Positions 33,730 through 43,673 of a stretch of DNA of 64,000 bases are shown piece by piece. The first letter of the stretch is position 1. Each line of letters opens with the position of its first letter. The notes under the pieces are model-generated. The model was not told where the DNA came from, did no database searches, and worked only from the letters and a program-made list of their open reading frames with translations. Position numbers and translations under genes: made by a program. This stretch comes from an uncultured Acidobacteriota bacterium (lineage in GTDB: Bacteria; Acidobacteriota; Thermoanaerobaculia; Multivoradales; JAHEKO01), in contig CAVQNG010000003.1 of assembly GCA_963713825.1 (NCBI GenBank), forward strand, positions 1,760,001 through 1,824,000, written 5' to 3'.

Positions 33730-36108
33730 CTACCTGCCTTGACCCTGGCCTTGGTACTTGTCGAGCCAGTTCTCGACCTCTTGCGTTCTCACGTGGTCGG
33801 CTCCGAGAGACTCCAGGAGAATCTCGTGGGCCAGATCCAGCTCAGATCGAGCTGCAGCAGGCTGCCCGGCCTGGGCGAGAATCCAGCCGAGCAAGCCGTG
33901 GGATTCGCCGGTCCGCCATCCCCGGTCCCCCACGGCTGCCGTGTGAACGCTCAGCGACTGGCGTGCCAGACGCTCGGCCTCCACGAGGTCGCCCTGATCG
34001 GCTAGCACCCGTGCAAGCTTGGACTCTGTGCCTGCGACGCGGAGGTGATCGGCTCCGAAGATCGTCTGCCCGAGCTGCAGCGATTCCCGCAGTCGAGCCT
34101 CGGCTTGCGCCAGCTCACCAGCTCCGTAGTAGGCAAAACCAAGATTGCCCAGGCTGATGACGACCTCGGGACTGTCGTCGCCCATGAACTCCCGCCGCAG
34201 CGCGAGGGACTCGAGATGGAGCTCGATCGCCTCCTCGAACTTGCCCTGGTCTGCCAACACCGTGGCAAGATTGTTGGTCGTATAGGCGAGGTCACTCCGA
34301 GCTTCGCCCTCAAGAATTCGCCTCTCGGTCTCCAGGGCTTGGCGCTGGAGCTCTTCTGCCTTTTCGAGATTCCCCAAGTCCGCATGGGTGTTGGCGATGT
34401 TGACCAGAGTCTGCGTGTAGTCAGGATGCTCCTTGCCGACAGCCGCCTCCGTCAGCTGCAAAACCTCCTCCGAACAGCGCAGCGAGCCTTCGAGATCACC
34501 GCTGAGCCAGTAGACCATTCCCAGTCGGTCCACGGCGTCGATCAGTCGCCGATCGTTGGGCGCCAACTCGTCCCGCCTCAGGTCGACCGCCTTTTCCAGC
34601 AGGGGCAGTGCTGTTTCAAAGTCTCCGAGGGCCTGATAGCTGTCGCCGATGGTGAATCGAATGGCCGCTTCGACCTCGGGGTCGTCGCCGAATCGACCCT
34701 CGAGATTCGCGGCCGCCTCGTCGAGGACCTCCCGCACGCTGACCTCGCGCCCGCGGGCGCTGCTGGGCTGGACGGATGACAGCATCTCCTGCAGGAAGCC
34801 TGTCACTTCCCGCGACGATGCGGCATCTCGTTCGGCGATGGCGCGATCGTGCGTTGCCCGAACAAAGCCGAGTCCCGCCAGCAGCGAGCCCGCGAGCAGG
34901 GCCAGGACCGCGATCGATCCCGCCAGCGCTCCGACCCGATGCCGCATCACCCACCGTCCCAGCCGGTAGGTCCGGCTCGGTGGGCGCGCCTGAATCGGCT
35001 CGAACCTCAGATGGCGTTGGAGGTCGTCCATGAGTCCAGATGCCGATCCGTAGCGTCGAGCCGAGTCCTTCTCCAGGGCCTTCAAGGTGATCCAGTCGAG
35101 ATCGCCGGCAACCTTACGGCGCTCCAATTTGCCCAGGCGCTGGCTGGGCGCGACGGGTAACTGCTCGCACACGACTCGCTCGATGGCGGTCGGGCTGCCG
35201 GTATCTACGTGATAGGGCTTCTCGCCTGAAATGAGCAGATAGAGAAGGACCCCGAGCGAGTAGACGTCGGTCGCCGTGGTGACTCGCTCGCCCCGCACCT
35301 GCTCGGGGCTGGCGAAGTCGGGGGTCAGGAGGCGGCCGAAAGCCACGGTGACATCCGTTTGTAGGCCACTCGGGTCGAGCAGCCGAGCGATGCCAAAGTC
35401 GAGCAGCTTGGGCTGACCGTCTGCTGTTACGAGGATGTTGCTTGGCTTGAGGTCGCGGTGGACCACCAGATTGGCGTGAGCGAAGCTGACCGCAGAGCAG
35501 ATCGACATGAACAGCTGCAGCCTTTGGCGAAGTCCCAAGCCGTCGTCGTCGCAGTACTTGTCAACAGGTACACCCTCCACGAGCTCCATCACCAGGTAGT
35601 GCAGACCGCCTCTGGTGGTTCCGCCGTCGAGCAGGCGCGCGATGTTCGGGTGTACCAGATCGGCGAGGATCTGGCGCTCCACGTGGAACCTGTCGATGGT
35701 CCCCGGAACGGCCTCTTGAACGATCTTGATGGCGACGCGCTGGTCGTAGGTGTCGACGCGCTCGGCCTCGTAGACAATTCCCATTCCGCCCCGTCCCAGC
35801 TCGCCGACCAGTCGATACTGCCCTACGAGCTCACCCGGGCCGAGTGTGGAGGGGAGCGGCGCTCCTGTGCCGGATGGGGCCCGATCCAACCGCCGGGCGA
35901 AGGACGGGTCGGAGATCACTCCGTCGATCGTGCTGGCGATGAAGCTGTCGGAGCCGTCCTCGGCGTGCAGTAGCTCCTCGACCCGGGCGCGAAGATCAGG
36001 GTCCTCGCACTCGTGTTCGAGAAATCCCTGTCGCTGGTCCGGGGGGAGGGCCATCGCCTGATGGAACAGCTCCTCGAGGAGTATCCATTTCTCAGACTCC
36101 ACCGGCAC
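33730..36108 (-). CDS. Ser/Thr kinase with TM helix and TPR repeats, partner of the ECF sigma factor
   Basis: N-terminal W..LEELFHQAM extension; GRGGMGIV, HRDLKPSN, DFG and LTPDFASPEQ; kinesin-light-chain-type TPRs; overlaps the sigma gene. Confidence 0.95.
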   Translation of the reverse strand: MPVESEKWILLEELFHQAMALPPDQRQGFLEHECEDPDLRARVEELLHAEDGSDSFIASTIDGVISDPSFARRLDRAPSGTGAPLPSTLGPGELVGQYRLVGELGRGGMGIVYEAERVDTYDQRVAIKIVQEAVPGTIDRFHVERQILADLVHPNIARLLDGGTTRGGLHYLVMELVEGVPVDKYCDDDGLGLRQRLQLFMSICSAVSFAHANLVVHRDLKPSNILVTADGQPKLLDFGIARLLDPSGLQTDVTVAFGRLLTPDFASPEQVRGERVTTATDVYSLGVLLYLLISGEKPYHVDTGSPTAIERVVCEQLPVAPSQRLGKLERRKVAGDLDWITLKALEKDSARRYGSASGLMDDLQRHLRFEPIQARPPSRTYRLGRWVMRHRVGALAGSIAVLALLAGSLLAGLGFVRATHDRAIAERDAASSREVTGFLQEMLSSVQPSSARGREVSVREVLDEAAANLEGRFGDDPEVEAAIRFTIGDSYQALGDFETALPLLEKAVDLRRDELAPNDRRLIDAVDRLGMVYWLSGDLEGSLRCSEEVLQLTEAAVGKEHPDYTQTLVNIANTHADLGNLEKAEELQRQALETERRILEGEARSDLAYTTNNLATVLADQGKFEEAIELHLESLALRREFMGDDSPEVVISLGNLGFAYYGAGELAQAEARLRESLQLGQTIFGADHLRVAGTESKLARVLADQGDLVEAERLARQSLSVHTAAVGDRGWRTGESHGLLGWILAQAGQPAAARSELDLAHEILLESLGADHVRTQEVENWLDKYQGQGQGR

Positions 36109-36676
36109 CGCCTTGGGTCAGTTCCGCGTGGAGCCAGGCCCGAGCCATCCTCATGTCGCGATCGACAGTGGCACGCGAGATGGCGAGAGCCTTTCCGGTC
36201 TCCTCGAAGTTGAGGCCACCAAAGAAGTGCAGCTCGACGACCTGCGCCTTGCGTTCATCGATCGTTGCCAATTTGTTCAGGGCGCGATCGAGATCGAGCA
36301 TGTCGGTTGCAGCTGGAGTGACAGTGGCCATGGTGGCCTCGACCAGGGAGAGCTCGGGTTGGCCTCCTCCCCGCTTGGCGCTGGTTTTGGCGCGGGCGTG
36401 ATCGACCAGAACTCTTCGCATGGCCTGTGCCGCGGCTTTGAAGAACTGGACTCTGTCCTGCCATTCGATGTCGAGCCCGACGAGCTTGGCGTAGGCCTCG
36501 TGAACCAGCGCGGTGGGTTGCAGGGTGTGCTCCACCCGTTCGCTCTTCATGTAGTGGGCAGCGAGACGACGCAGCTCGTCGTAGACCAGTGGCAGGAGGG
36601 CATCGATGGCCCCCTGCTTGCCCTCACGGCAATCGATGAGGAGCTGCGTGACGTCCCCGGTCGGGCTGTCGGTCAT
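36092..36676 (-). CDS. ECF sigma factor, TIGR02999/ECF43-like
   Basis: DVTQLL, LLPLVYDELRRLA, HTLQPTALVHEAY, MRRVLVDHAR..AKRGG, VELHFFGGL and ARAWL. Confidence 0.95.
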   Translation of the reverse strand: MTDSPTGDVTQLLIDCREGKQGAIDALLPLVYDELRRLAAHYMKSERVEHTLQPTALVHEAYAKLVGLDIEWQDRVQFFKAAAQAMRRVLVDHARAKTSAKRGGGQPELSLVEATMATVTPAATDMLDLDRALNKLATIDERKAQVVELHFFGGLNFEETGKALAISRATVDRDMRMARAWLHAELTQGGAGGV

Positions 36677-36842
36677 GCGGGCCGATATTGCCATATATCT
36701 GGTCTGGTGACAGTGACTTCCTGTGGCTGGGTGAGTACCGATGCAGCCAGATCTCGCTTAATGGTCTAGATACAAGCGAATTCAGGCTTCTAGAGATGGT
36801 GGATGGGCCATCCATCTCGATTCGACTTCGAGGAGGTCTCCA

Positions 36843-38048
36843 ATGTCGGGATCGAAGACCACGGAACAAGCCAAGGACGGCAGGGGGGGCTGGGAGAGCC
36901 GAGTAAGGAGAGCAGCCAGGCTCCTCATGGCGGTGGCTCTAGGAGCCCTCTGCTGGAGCCCGCCAGTGAGCGCGCGGGAATGTACGCTGGACCCAGCCTC
37001 GTTTCAAGCGGACTTTCAGGCCTATCTCGGTGACATCTACGAGCTGGCCGACGAAGTCGAGAGAAGAGGCCTGCCAGACGGCATCTCGCTACGTGAGCTG
37101 GCCTACGAAGCCGATGCAGCCGCACGAGCGATGACCGCAGAGCAGGAGGAAGCTCTATGCGCTTTCTTCTCCAGTCATGAAGCCCTTCGTCAGGCACCCA
37201 GAAGTCTGAGCGGGAGCCTGCGCCGGCTGCCCCAAACCTACGATGTCAGTGGCCAAGGTCGGGCCCGGGCCCTGGAGGCGACAGAGGAGGGTAAGAGCTG
37301 CTTGGGAGAACAGGGGCGGGCGGCAGTCGATCTGATCAACAAGACTGCCGACCTGGCGGGCATCGTGGGGCAGGCGATCTGCGATGCGGCTCCCTCGGGA
37401 GACCTCGTGGTTGTCAATACGGTGCTGTGCCCGATTGCCGGAGTGCTGAAGGTCACCGCGAAGGTCGCTGAATTCGTGACCAAGGTGGACGATATCTGTC
37501 AGCTCTTCAAGCAGGCATTCAACCTCGAGCAGGTCGAAAAGAAGACGGATGAGGGATTCCTCACCATGGGTCTTCGGTTCGACGACGTGGACAGCGAGCT
37601 AGGGACGTTGGCGAGACAGGTGAGCGTCGACAGCCTGGCACTTCAGGTCAGCGATGTGGACGCCGGGGTTTCCGACCTGGATCTGGAGCTCGACTCGGTG
37701 AGAGTCGATCTCGACGAGCAGCGAGACGACCGCCAGGAGTTTCAGGACCTCAACGTCCGGATCTCGATCGAGCAGCAGCTCGGGTCGGAGGCAAACGACC
37801 GGATTTCGCTCTTTCAGCTACCCGAATCGGTAGGCGGAAAGCTCGAAGAGGTCCGCGAGGTCGTGGCGGGGGCGATTCTGATGAATGACGACGCCGGTCA
37901 GGACATCGGCCTGGCCCTGACCTACTTCGCGCAAGGGGACGATCACTTCAACAACCAGGACTACAGCAACGCATTCGCGTCCTATCGACAGGCCTATCGG
38001 GAGGCGGCTCAGGCCAGGGAAATGCCGGACCCGAGCCTCAAACGATAG
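36843..38048 (+). CDS. Secreted alpha-helical/coiled-coil hypothetical protein
   Basis: GGAGG RBS; signal peptide ending VSA; six Cys in the mature part; heptad-like segment LALQVSDVDAGVSDLDLELDSVRVDL. Confidence 0.75.
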   Translation: MSGSKTTEQAKDGRGGWESRVRRAARLLMAVALGALCWSPPVSARECTLDPASFQADFQAYLGDIYELADEVERRGLPDGISLRELAYEADAAARAMTAEQEEALCAFFSSHEALRQAPRSLSGSLRRLPQTYDVSGQGRARALEATEEGKSCLGEQGRAAVDLINKTADLAGIVGQAICDAAPSGDLVVVNTVLCPIAGVLKVTAKVAEFVTKVDDICQLFKQAFNLEQVEKKTDEGFLTMGLRFDDVDSELGTLARQVSVDSLALQVSDVDAGVSDLDLELDSVRVDLDEQRDDRQEFQDLNVRISIEQQLGSEANDRISLFQLPESVGGKLEEVREVVAGAILMNDDAGQDIGLALTYFAQGDDHFNNQDYSNAFASYRQAYREAAQAREMPDPSLKR

Positions 38049-38063
38049 ATGGGGAGGCCGGAC

Positions 38064-41000
38064 ATGAGAACTACAACCCAAAGCTCTTACCAGGCAAGAC
38101 GACTCGGAGTCGCTCTCTTGGTGGCAACTGCCTTTAGTCTAGGCTCCTTGACGGCACAGGTCATTCCCACCGGTCCGCAGGTGCAAGTCAAGGACTATCC
38201 GAGCTTCTTCTTTCACCGCGGATCCGACGTAGCGGTCGTCGACCTGGACGGCAACTTCGTCGTCGTGTGGGCATCGCCGAACATGCAGAAGATCCTCGGT
38301 CAGCGTTTCGACAGCAGCGGTGCTCCCGTGGGAACGGAATTCGAGATCAGCACGGCAGGCTATCCAGGTAACAAGGAGAAACCCTCGGTGGCAGGGGATT
38401 TCGCCGGCAACTTCGTCGTCGTCTGGGAGCACGAGCGTGACGACAACCAGTACCCGGGAAGCCCCGAAGAGATCGTGGGGCGTCGGTTCGACAGCTCTGG
38501 GCCGCTCCACCCGACGGAGTTCAAGGTCAACGCGGCGAGCCCCTGGAGGCACGAGAACCCGAGTGTGACCCGTGATGGCAACTCGAACTTCGTTGTCGTG
38601 TGGCAGCGGTTCGATGACGAGAATCCTCCTGATAGGCCTCGAATCCTCGGACAGAGATTCGATGCGCAGGGAACGAAGCTAGGGGCGGAAATCGCTGTCA
38701 GCACGCTGGGTGAAGAAGAGGACGGGAAGGACGAGTTGCCCGACGTTGGCAGCAGCCTGGGTGGCGACTTCGTGGTGGTTTGGCAACAGAGTGGAGCCAA
38801 CAATGAAATCGACCCTTCAGGTGATGCCGCAGTCGGGCGTAGGTTCGATTCCTTCGGCGCCCCACAAGACGAGACCGAGTTCGTGGTGAACAGCTACACC
38901 ACAGGCTCGCAGAGCCGGCCCTCCGTCTGGGTCGGCCTCGATGGAAACTTCGTGGTCACCTGGCACGGTGAAGGCGAATCCGACGACTGGGGGATCTTTG
39001 CCAAGCAGTTCGCCTCGACCGGAGGCGCGATTGCAGACGAGTTTCTCGTCAACACGCTGACGACCGGTTTCCAGACCGAATCCGCAGTAGTAGCTGCCGA
39101 CGCGTTGGGTCATTTCGCTGTGACGTGGCACTCGAGACCCAGCGCCGGAGGGGACTACAGCCTGTTCGCGCGATGGTTCCGAAGCGACGGTCTGCCTTTC
39201 GAAGATCAGTTCGAAGTGCCGACACACACCACAGGCACCCAGGAGTCCCCTCGGATCGCCGGGGATGTCGACGGCAACTTCGTCGTCCTGTGGAACGGCG
39301 ATGGCCCAGCGGATGAAGGCTTCTCGGTGCGCCGCTTCGAGCAACCTGTCCTTCTGACCATCAACGACTTTTCGATCCAGGAGGGAGATGCGAGCGAGTC
39401 CGCGGAGGGGATTGCACTACTGACGGTCGAGGCCTCCAGGTCTCACCCGACCCTGGACGTTACCGTTGAGTACGCCACGGACGACGAGTCCGCCAGCTCC
39501 TTCGACGACTATGTGGCCTCGAGCGGAATGGTGCTCTTCGAAGCCGACACAAACGAGTTGACGGCAGCGATCGATGTGGAAGTCCTCGGCGACGATGTCT
39601 ATGAGCCCGATGAGACCTTCCTCGTCAATCTGGGTCGAGTGGAGAACGCGGCGATCGTTCGAGAGCAGGGGATCGCCACCATCCTCAACGACGACGACCC
39701 ACCGGGCATGACGATTGAAGATGCCTCGATAGAAGAGGGCAACACAGGGACGAGTGTTCTGACCTTCAGGGTCGATCTGACCGAAGTGCAGCAAGAGGAC
39801 GCCACGGTCGATTTCTCCAGTAGTGACGGCACCGCCACCGAGGGTAGTGACTACCAGGCAGGCAACGGAACGCTGACGATTCCAGGAGGCTCGACCACTG
39901 GTTTTGTCGGTATTGAGATCAACGGCGATTTCACCTCCGAGGGTGACGAATCACTTCTCGTCACTCTTTCCGACCCTTCGAACGGAACTCTTCTTCGAGA
40001 CACGGCGACAGGGACCATTCTGGACGACGATTGCGCGGTGGCAATCACTATCGATCCGTCGAGCGCGAACTACGGGATCGCCGGCGGAACCGGGGGCATC
40101 ACCGTCACGGATAGCCAGGGGTGTGGCTGGACGGCGGTGAGTAGCGAACCCTGGATCGTCATCACCTCGGCGACGAGCGGGGTTGGAAACGGCACGATCG
40201 AATATTCGATTGCCGCCAATGCCGATCCGTTGCCCAGGAACGGCTCGATCACGATCGCGGGTCAGATGTTCATCGTGACCCAGGATGGGGTTTCGTGCTC
40301 GCTCGGCCTGTCTCCGAACCTCGCGGACTTCGCGTCCGGTGGCGGTGACGGCACTTTTGCCGTATCAGACCCCGGAGTCTGTGGCTGGACTGCGGTCAGC
40401 AACGAGCCCTGGATCAAGGTGATGGCGGGCGGCAGCGGAGTCGGTAGCGGGATCGTGGAGTACTCGGTAGAGAAGAAGGCGACCCCGGGAGATCGCTCTG
40501 GGACCATCCTGGTGTCGGGCTTGCTGTTCACGGTCAACCAGGAAGGCAGTTTCTTCGACCACTTCGACGACAGTGTTCTGGCCCCGACCTGGACCTATTC
40601 GGATCCCCAGTTCTGGAGCGAGGGCAATTCGTTTCTCGAAGCCGATGTCCTCGGGGCAGGCGAGGAAGCCCAGGCAATTGCCATGCCGGCTTTTCCTGGC
40701 TGTGTCGAGTGCACAATCTCCACACGATTCGGTGTCGATGTGTTCGCTCTTGGGGATGTCGGTCTCTATGGCTGGTATGTCGACGATGACAATTTCGTTC
40801 GGCTGACCATGAGCGAGTTCACGAACGAGTGGACCCTGGTTCAAATGGTGGGTGGCGTAGAGGTGCAGAGTGTCATGACCGACTCCGAACCGATTCTCGC
40901 GAATGTCCTCTACGACATCGACTTGACCTTCGACGGCACCAAGATCAGCGCCTCCGTCGACGGGGACACAATACTGATTATGGTTCCCTGGCAGGGTACG

Positions 41001-41159
41001 CCACCGGCAGGAACGGTGGGGTTCCATGCGACTGAGACGATCGCAAACTTCGACCTGATCACGGTGCTCACGGATACCAGCACCGCTGGCCCGGTGTTGG
41101 TGTTCGGCGACAGTTTCGAAGGCGGCGACCTTACCGCCTGGTCGAGTCACAGCCCCTAG
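38064..41159 (+). CDS. Large secreted adhesin-like protein: 7-repeat propeller, 2 Calx-beta, 2 BACON-like, ConA-like domain and C-terminal FxDxFE..W motif
   Basis: GGGAGG RBS; signal peptide; seven GNFVVVW-type repeats; DxxxEPDETF and EGDESL Calx-beta motifs; two CGWTAVS.EPWI; ends VFGDSFEGGDLTAWSSHSP. Confidence 0.88.
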   Translation: MRTTTQSSYQARRLGVALLVATAFSLGSLTAQVIPTGPQVQVKDYPSFFFHRGSDVAVVDLDGNFVVVWASPNMQKILGQRFDSSGAPVGTEFEISTAGYPGNKEKPSVAGDFAGNFVVVWEHERDDNQYPGSPEEIVGRRFDSSGPLHPTEFKVNAASPWRHENPSVTRDGNSNFVVVWQRFDDENPPDRPRILGQRFDAQGTKLGAEIAVSTLGEEEDGKDELPDVGSSLGGDFVVVWQQSGANNEIDPSGDAAVGRRFDSFGAPQDETEFVVNSYTTGSQSRPSVWVGLDGNFVVTWHGEGESDDWGIFAKQFASTGGAIADEFLVNTLTTGFQTESAVVAADALGHFAVTWHSRPSAGGDYSLFARWFRSDGLPFEDQFEVPTHTTGTQESPRIAGDVDGNFVVLWNGDGPADEGFSVRRFEQPVLLTINDFSIQEGDASESAEGIALLTVEASRSHPTLDVTVEYATDDESASSFDDYVASSGMVLFEADTNELTAAIDVEVLGDDVYEPDETFLVNLGRVENAAIVREQGIATILNDDDPPGMTIEDASIEEGNTGTSVLTFRVDLTEVQQEDATVDFSSSDGTATEGSDYQAGNGTLTIPGGSTTGFVGIEINGDFTSEGDESLLVTLSDPSNGTLLRDTATGTILDDDCAVAITIDPSSANYGIAGGTGGITVTDSQGCGWTAVSSEPWIVITSATSGVGNGTIEYSIAANADPLPRNGSITIAGQMFIVTQDGVSCSLGLSPNLADFASGGGDGTFAVSDPGVCGWTAVSNEPWIKVMAGGSGVGSGIVEYSVEKKATPGDRSGTILVSGLLFTVNQEGSFFDHFDDSVLAPTWTYSDPQFWSEGNSFLEADVLGAGEEAQAIAMPAFPGCVECTISTRFGVDVFALGDVGLYGWYVDDDNFVRLTMSEFTNEWTLVQMVGGVEVQSVMTDSEPILANVLYDIDLTFDGTKISASVDGDTILIMVPWQGTPPAGTVGFHATETIANFDLITVLTDTSTAGPVLVFGDSFEGGDLTAWSSHSP

Positions 41160-41195
41160 CCGTCAGGGTCGATCGAGGCCGACGAGGGCCAAGGA

Positions 41196-41299
41196 GCAGG
41201 GGAGGGACTCACCCCCTCCCACGGGTGGCAGCAAGAGCCGCCAATATGTCAGCGGACTCACGGAGGTTCTAATGTAGGGGAGGGGCTTGCCCCCTCCCG
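41196..41299 (+). repeat. Two REP-like family B palindromes between convergent genes
   Basis: GCAGGGGAGGGACTCACCCCCTCCCA (41196-41221) and GTAGGGGAGGGGCTTGCCCCCTCCCG (41274-41299); GTAG tetranucleotide plus GC stem as in classical REPs. Confidence 0.7.
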
Positions 41300-41307
41300 A
41301 GGTTCCG

Positions 41308-42126
41308 TTAGGTACGCCGCCAGATCGAGGGACGGTGCGACAATGCCTCGAAATGAGGCCCACCTGCCGGCAGCTCCTCATGTGCCCCGACGACCAGATA
41401 TCCACCAGGATCGAGGCGTTGGTGCAGGGCAGCTAGATTCTCGCGCTGGGTCTCTTCGACGAAGTAGGTGAAGGCCAGGTTGCGGCAGAGGATCAGGTGG
41501 AAGGGGCCCTCGGGCACTTCCTGGCGAAGATCCTGGTGAGCGAACCGGATTCCCTCACGGTAGGGCTCGCGGAGGAGCAGCTGGTCCTGGTCGAGCTCCT
41601 CAAAGGCCGCGTCACGAATCTCCTTCGGCATTTCCTTCGTGCAGCCAATGGGGTAGACGGCCTGGCGAGCGCGCTCGAGTTGATGCTCGTCCGAGTCCGT
41701 AGCGGTGATATTCAAGCGTGCTGTCTTGAGCTCGGGATCGTCCGAGAGTCTGCGTAGGATGGAGATGGAGTAGGGCTCCTCGCCTGCACCGCAGCCAGCA
41801 CTCCAGATTCGAAGCTCAGACACACCATTCGACTTCACTTGTCGAGAAAGCTCGGGGAGAACCTCCTCCCCGAGCGTCTCGAAGACCCTTCGATCCCGAA
41901 AGAACCTCGAAATCGTGATTCGACAGTAGCCGTCGAGGATCGCCCACTCGTCGGGGTGCTTGCTCAGATACTCTCGGTAGCTCCTTGTGTCCCCGAGCCC
42001 CAGATCTCGTAGCCGCCGCCCGACCCGCTTGCACACCTGCCCCCGCACTTTGCGGAAACCGGGCCACCGAAAGCCCATCCTCGGCAGGGCCCACTGCAGG
42101 AAGAAGATGCACTCGGTATCTCGCAT
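41308..42126 (-). CDS. cheR: CheR-family protein-glutamate O-methyltransferase (orphan)
   Basis: ITISRFFRD, RIWSAGCGAGEEPYS, ATD, FHLILCRNLAFTYF and PGGYLVVGAHE. Confidence 0.92.
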   Translation of the reverse strand: MRDTECIFFLQWALPRMGFRWPGFRKVRGQVCKRVGRRLRDLGLGDTRSYREYLSKHPDEWAILDGYCRITISRFFRDRRVFETLGEEVLPELSRQVKSNGVSELRIWSAGCGAGEEPYSISILRRLSDDPELKTARLNITATDSDEHQLERARQAVYPIGCTKEMPKEIRDAAFEELDQDQLLLREPYREGIRFAHQDLRQEVPEGPFHLILCRNLAFTYFVEETQRENLAALHQRLDPGGYLVVGAHEELPAGGPHFEALSHRPSIWRRT

Positions 42127-42158
42127 CGCCTACCAACTGGCTATCGGCGACGACACCA

Positions 42159-43673
42159 TTACTGGCGGCGCGCATCTCGCCAGCCCAGCAGGGCAGCGAA
42201 CCACATAGCCGACCGTGGGCTGAAGGCTACCCGCCACAACCCGCCATGGATTGCCCCCTCCATGAACAACTCTGCCGGGTGATCGAGAGGAACCGCCGGA
42301 TTGGCGGCAGCTCCCTCGTACCGCAGATCGTGTACCAGCAATGCCGCCATGAGTGCATTGCTGGTGCCGGTTTCGAAGGCCTCGACGCCGAAGTAGTCGG
42401 CCCCGGCGTAGGCTGCGGCGAGAGCCGCATTGCGTACAACGGAAACGGTGTTGGTTCCTGGTGCCACGTTGCTCGACACGCGGAGACCTTGGCTCCGGGC
42501 AAGGGTCGCCCTCCACCGCTGCAACCTTTTGGCCAGGGCGTAGTTCGGGCCTTGCCCAACCACGAGGCTGTCGACAATGGCCGTCTCCTTGCCAGGCGTC
42601 AGAGGCAGCATCCCGGTGATGTTCGGAGTAAACAGGCGATTCCCGCTCAATGTGCGCAGCGATTCCTGCCATAACTTGCCTGCGTCGCGCTCCTCGTATC
42701 GTTGCCGCGCCATCTCGGCTGCCTCTCGAGGAACGGCGAAGACGTCTGTTGGTGTTGCCAGAAGGGCGAGCGTGATCCCCGATTGCTGTACCGCCAGATG
42801 CTCCATGATCGCGTCCATGGCCATGGCCACTCGCACATGCTGACTTCCGTCCAGATAGGCATATCCCCCAACGGTGAGAGGGCTATCGAGCGCCGCCAGC
42901 CAGGAGGCGATCTCTGGTGTCTCTGCGATCAGGTCCGCTCCGGCCTGGGAAGCCAGCACCGCGTCGTCGAGCTCGGGTCGGAAGGGGCTTCGAAGGGGGA
43001 GGATCAGACGGCCGTTTCCCTCCCGCGCATCGGCGATGAGTCGCTCCCAGATCGGCGGCCGATTCAGGTCGACAGCAACGATGTTCGCCCGCCAGCGGTT
43101 GAAGACCTGAAACGGGCCCATCTCGGCCCCTGCCCCCAACAAGACGATCGTCTGGTCAGCAAGGTCGAGCCACTCGGGGTTGGCCTGCACACGCCTCAGG
43201 GCCTCGGCACAAGAGGGCTCGTAGATTCCCCTGGCTTCCCAGTCATCGATCTGCCGTAGCAGGTCGCCTCCCGACAGGTGCTGTCCGGCATACGGGATAG
43301 TCAGCTCTCCTGGCGGTGAAGCATCTTGGCCCTCGATGACAGCCGTGTGCAGCTCTGTTTCTAGACTCCCCTTCATAGCCTCGGGGATGGAAAAGGTGTC
43401 TGGTCCCCTCACGAAGACCATCTCCCTGTACAGCGCACTCATGCCGTCCACGGCAACCCTCTCAGCAGCCTCGGGAGCTTTCAGCCCAGCTTCGACGAGC
43501 TTGCGATAATGGCGAGGATACCGATTGTGCCACGAGTCCTCCCGCGCGACTTCCTCCGCCGCAGCCTCGTCGATGGTGCGCAGTGCATCTGACAAGACGC
43601 GCTTGGCTGTGACAGTCGTGCCTCGCTTGTCCTCACCGGTTTGCGGGAAATTGAGGCCCTGTACTTGGTCCAT
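42159..43673 (-). CDS. Hypothetical protein with Rossmann-like GAGAEMG motif
   Basis: 504-aa ORF with host-like codon usage; IVLLGAGAEMGP followed by IVAVD; QGPNYALAKR (YxxxK). Confidence 0.75.
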   Translation of the reverse strand: MDQVQGLNFPQTGEDKRGTTVTAKRVLSDALRTIDEAAAEEVAREDSWHNRYPRHYRKLVEAGLKAPEAAERVAVDGMSALYREMVFVRGPDTFSIPEAMKGSLETELHTAVIEGQDASPPGELTIPYAGQHLSGGDLLRQIDDWEARGIYEPSCAEALRRVQANPEWLDLADQTIVLLGAGAEMGPFQVFNRWRANIVAVDLNRPPIWERLIADAREGNGRLILPLRSPFRPELDDAVLASQAGADLIAETPEIASWLAALDSPLTVGGYAYLDGSQHVRVAMAMDAIMEHLAVQQSGITLALLATPTDVFAVPREAAEMARQRYEERDAGKLWQESLRTLSGNRLFTPNITGMLPLTPGKETAIVDSLVVGQGPNYALAKRLQRWRATLARSQGLRVSSNVAPGTNTVSVVRNAALAAAYAGADYFGVEAFETGTSNALMAALLVHDLRYEGAAANPAVPLDHPAELFMEGAIHGGLWRVAFSPRSAMWFAALLGWRDARRQ

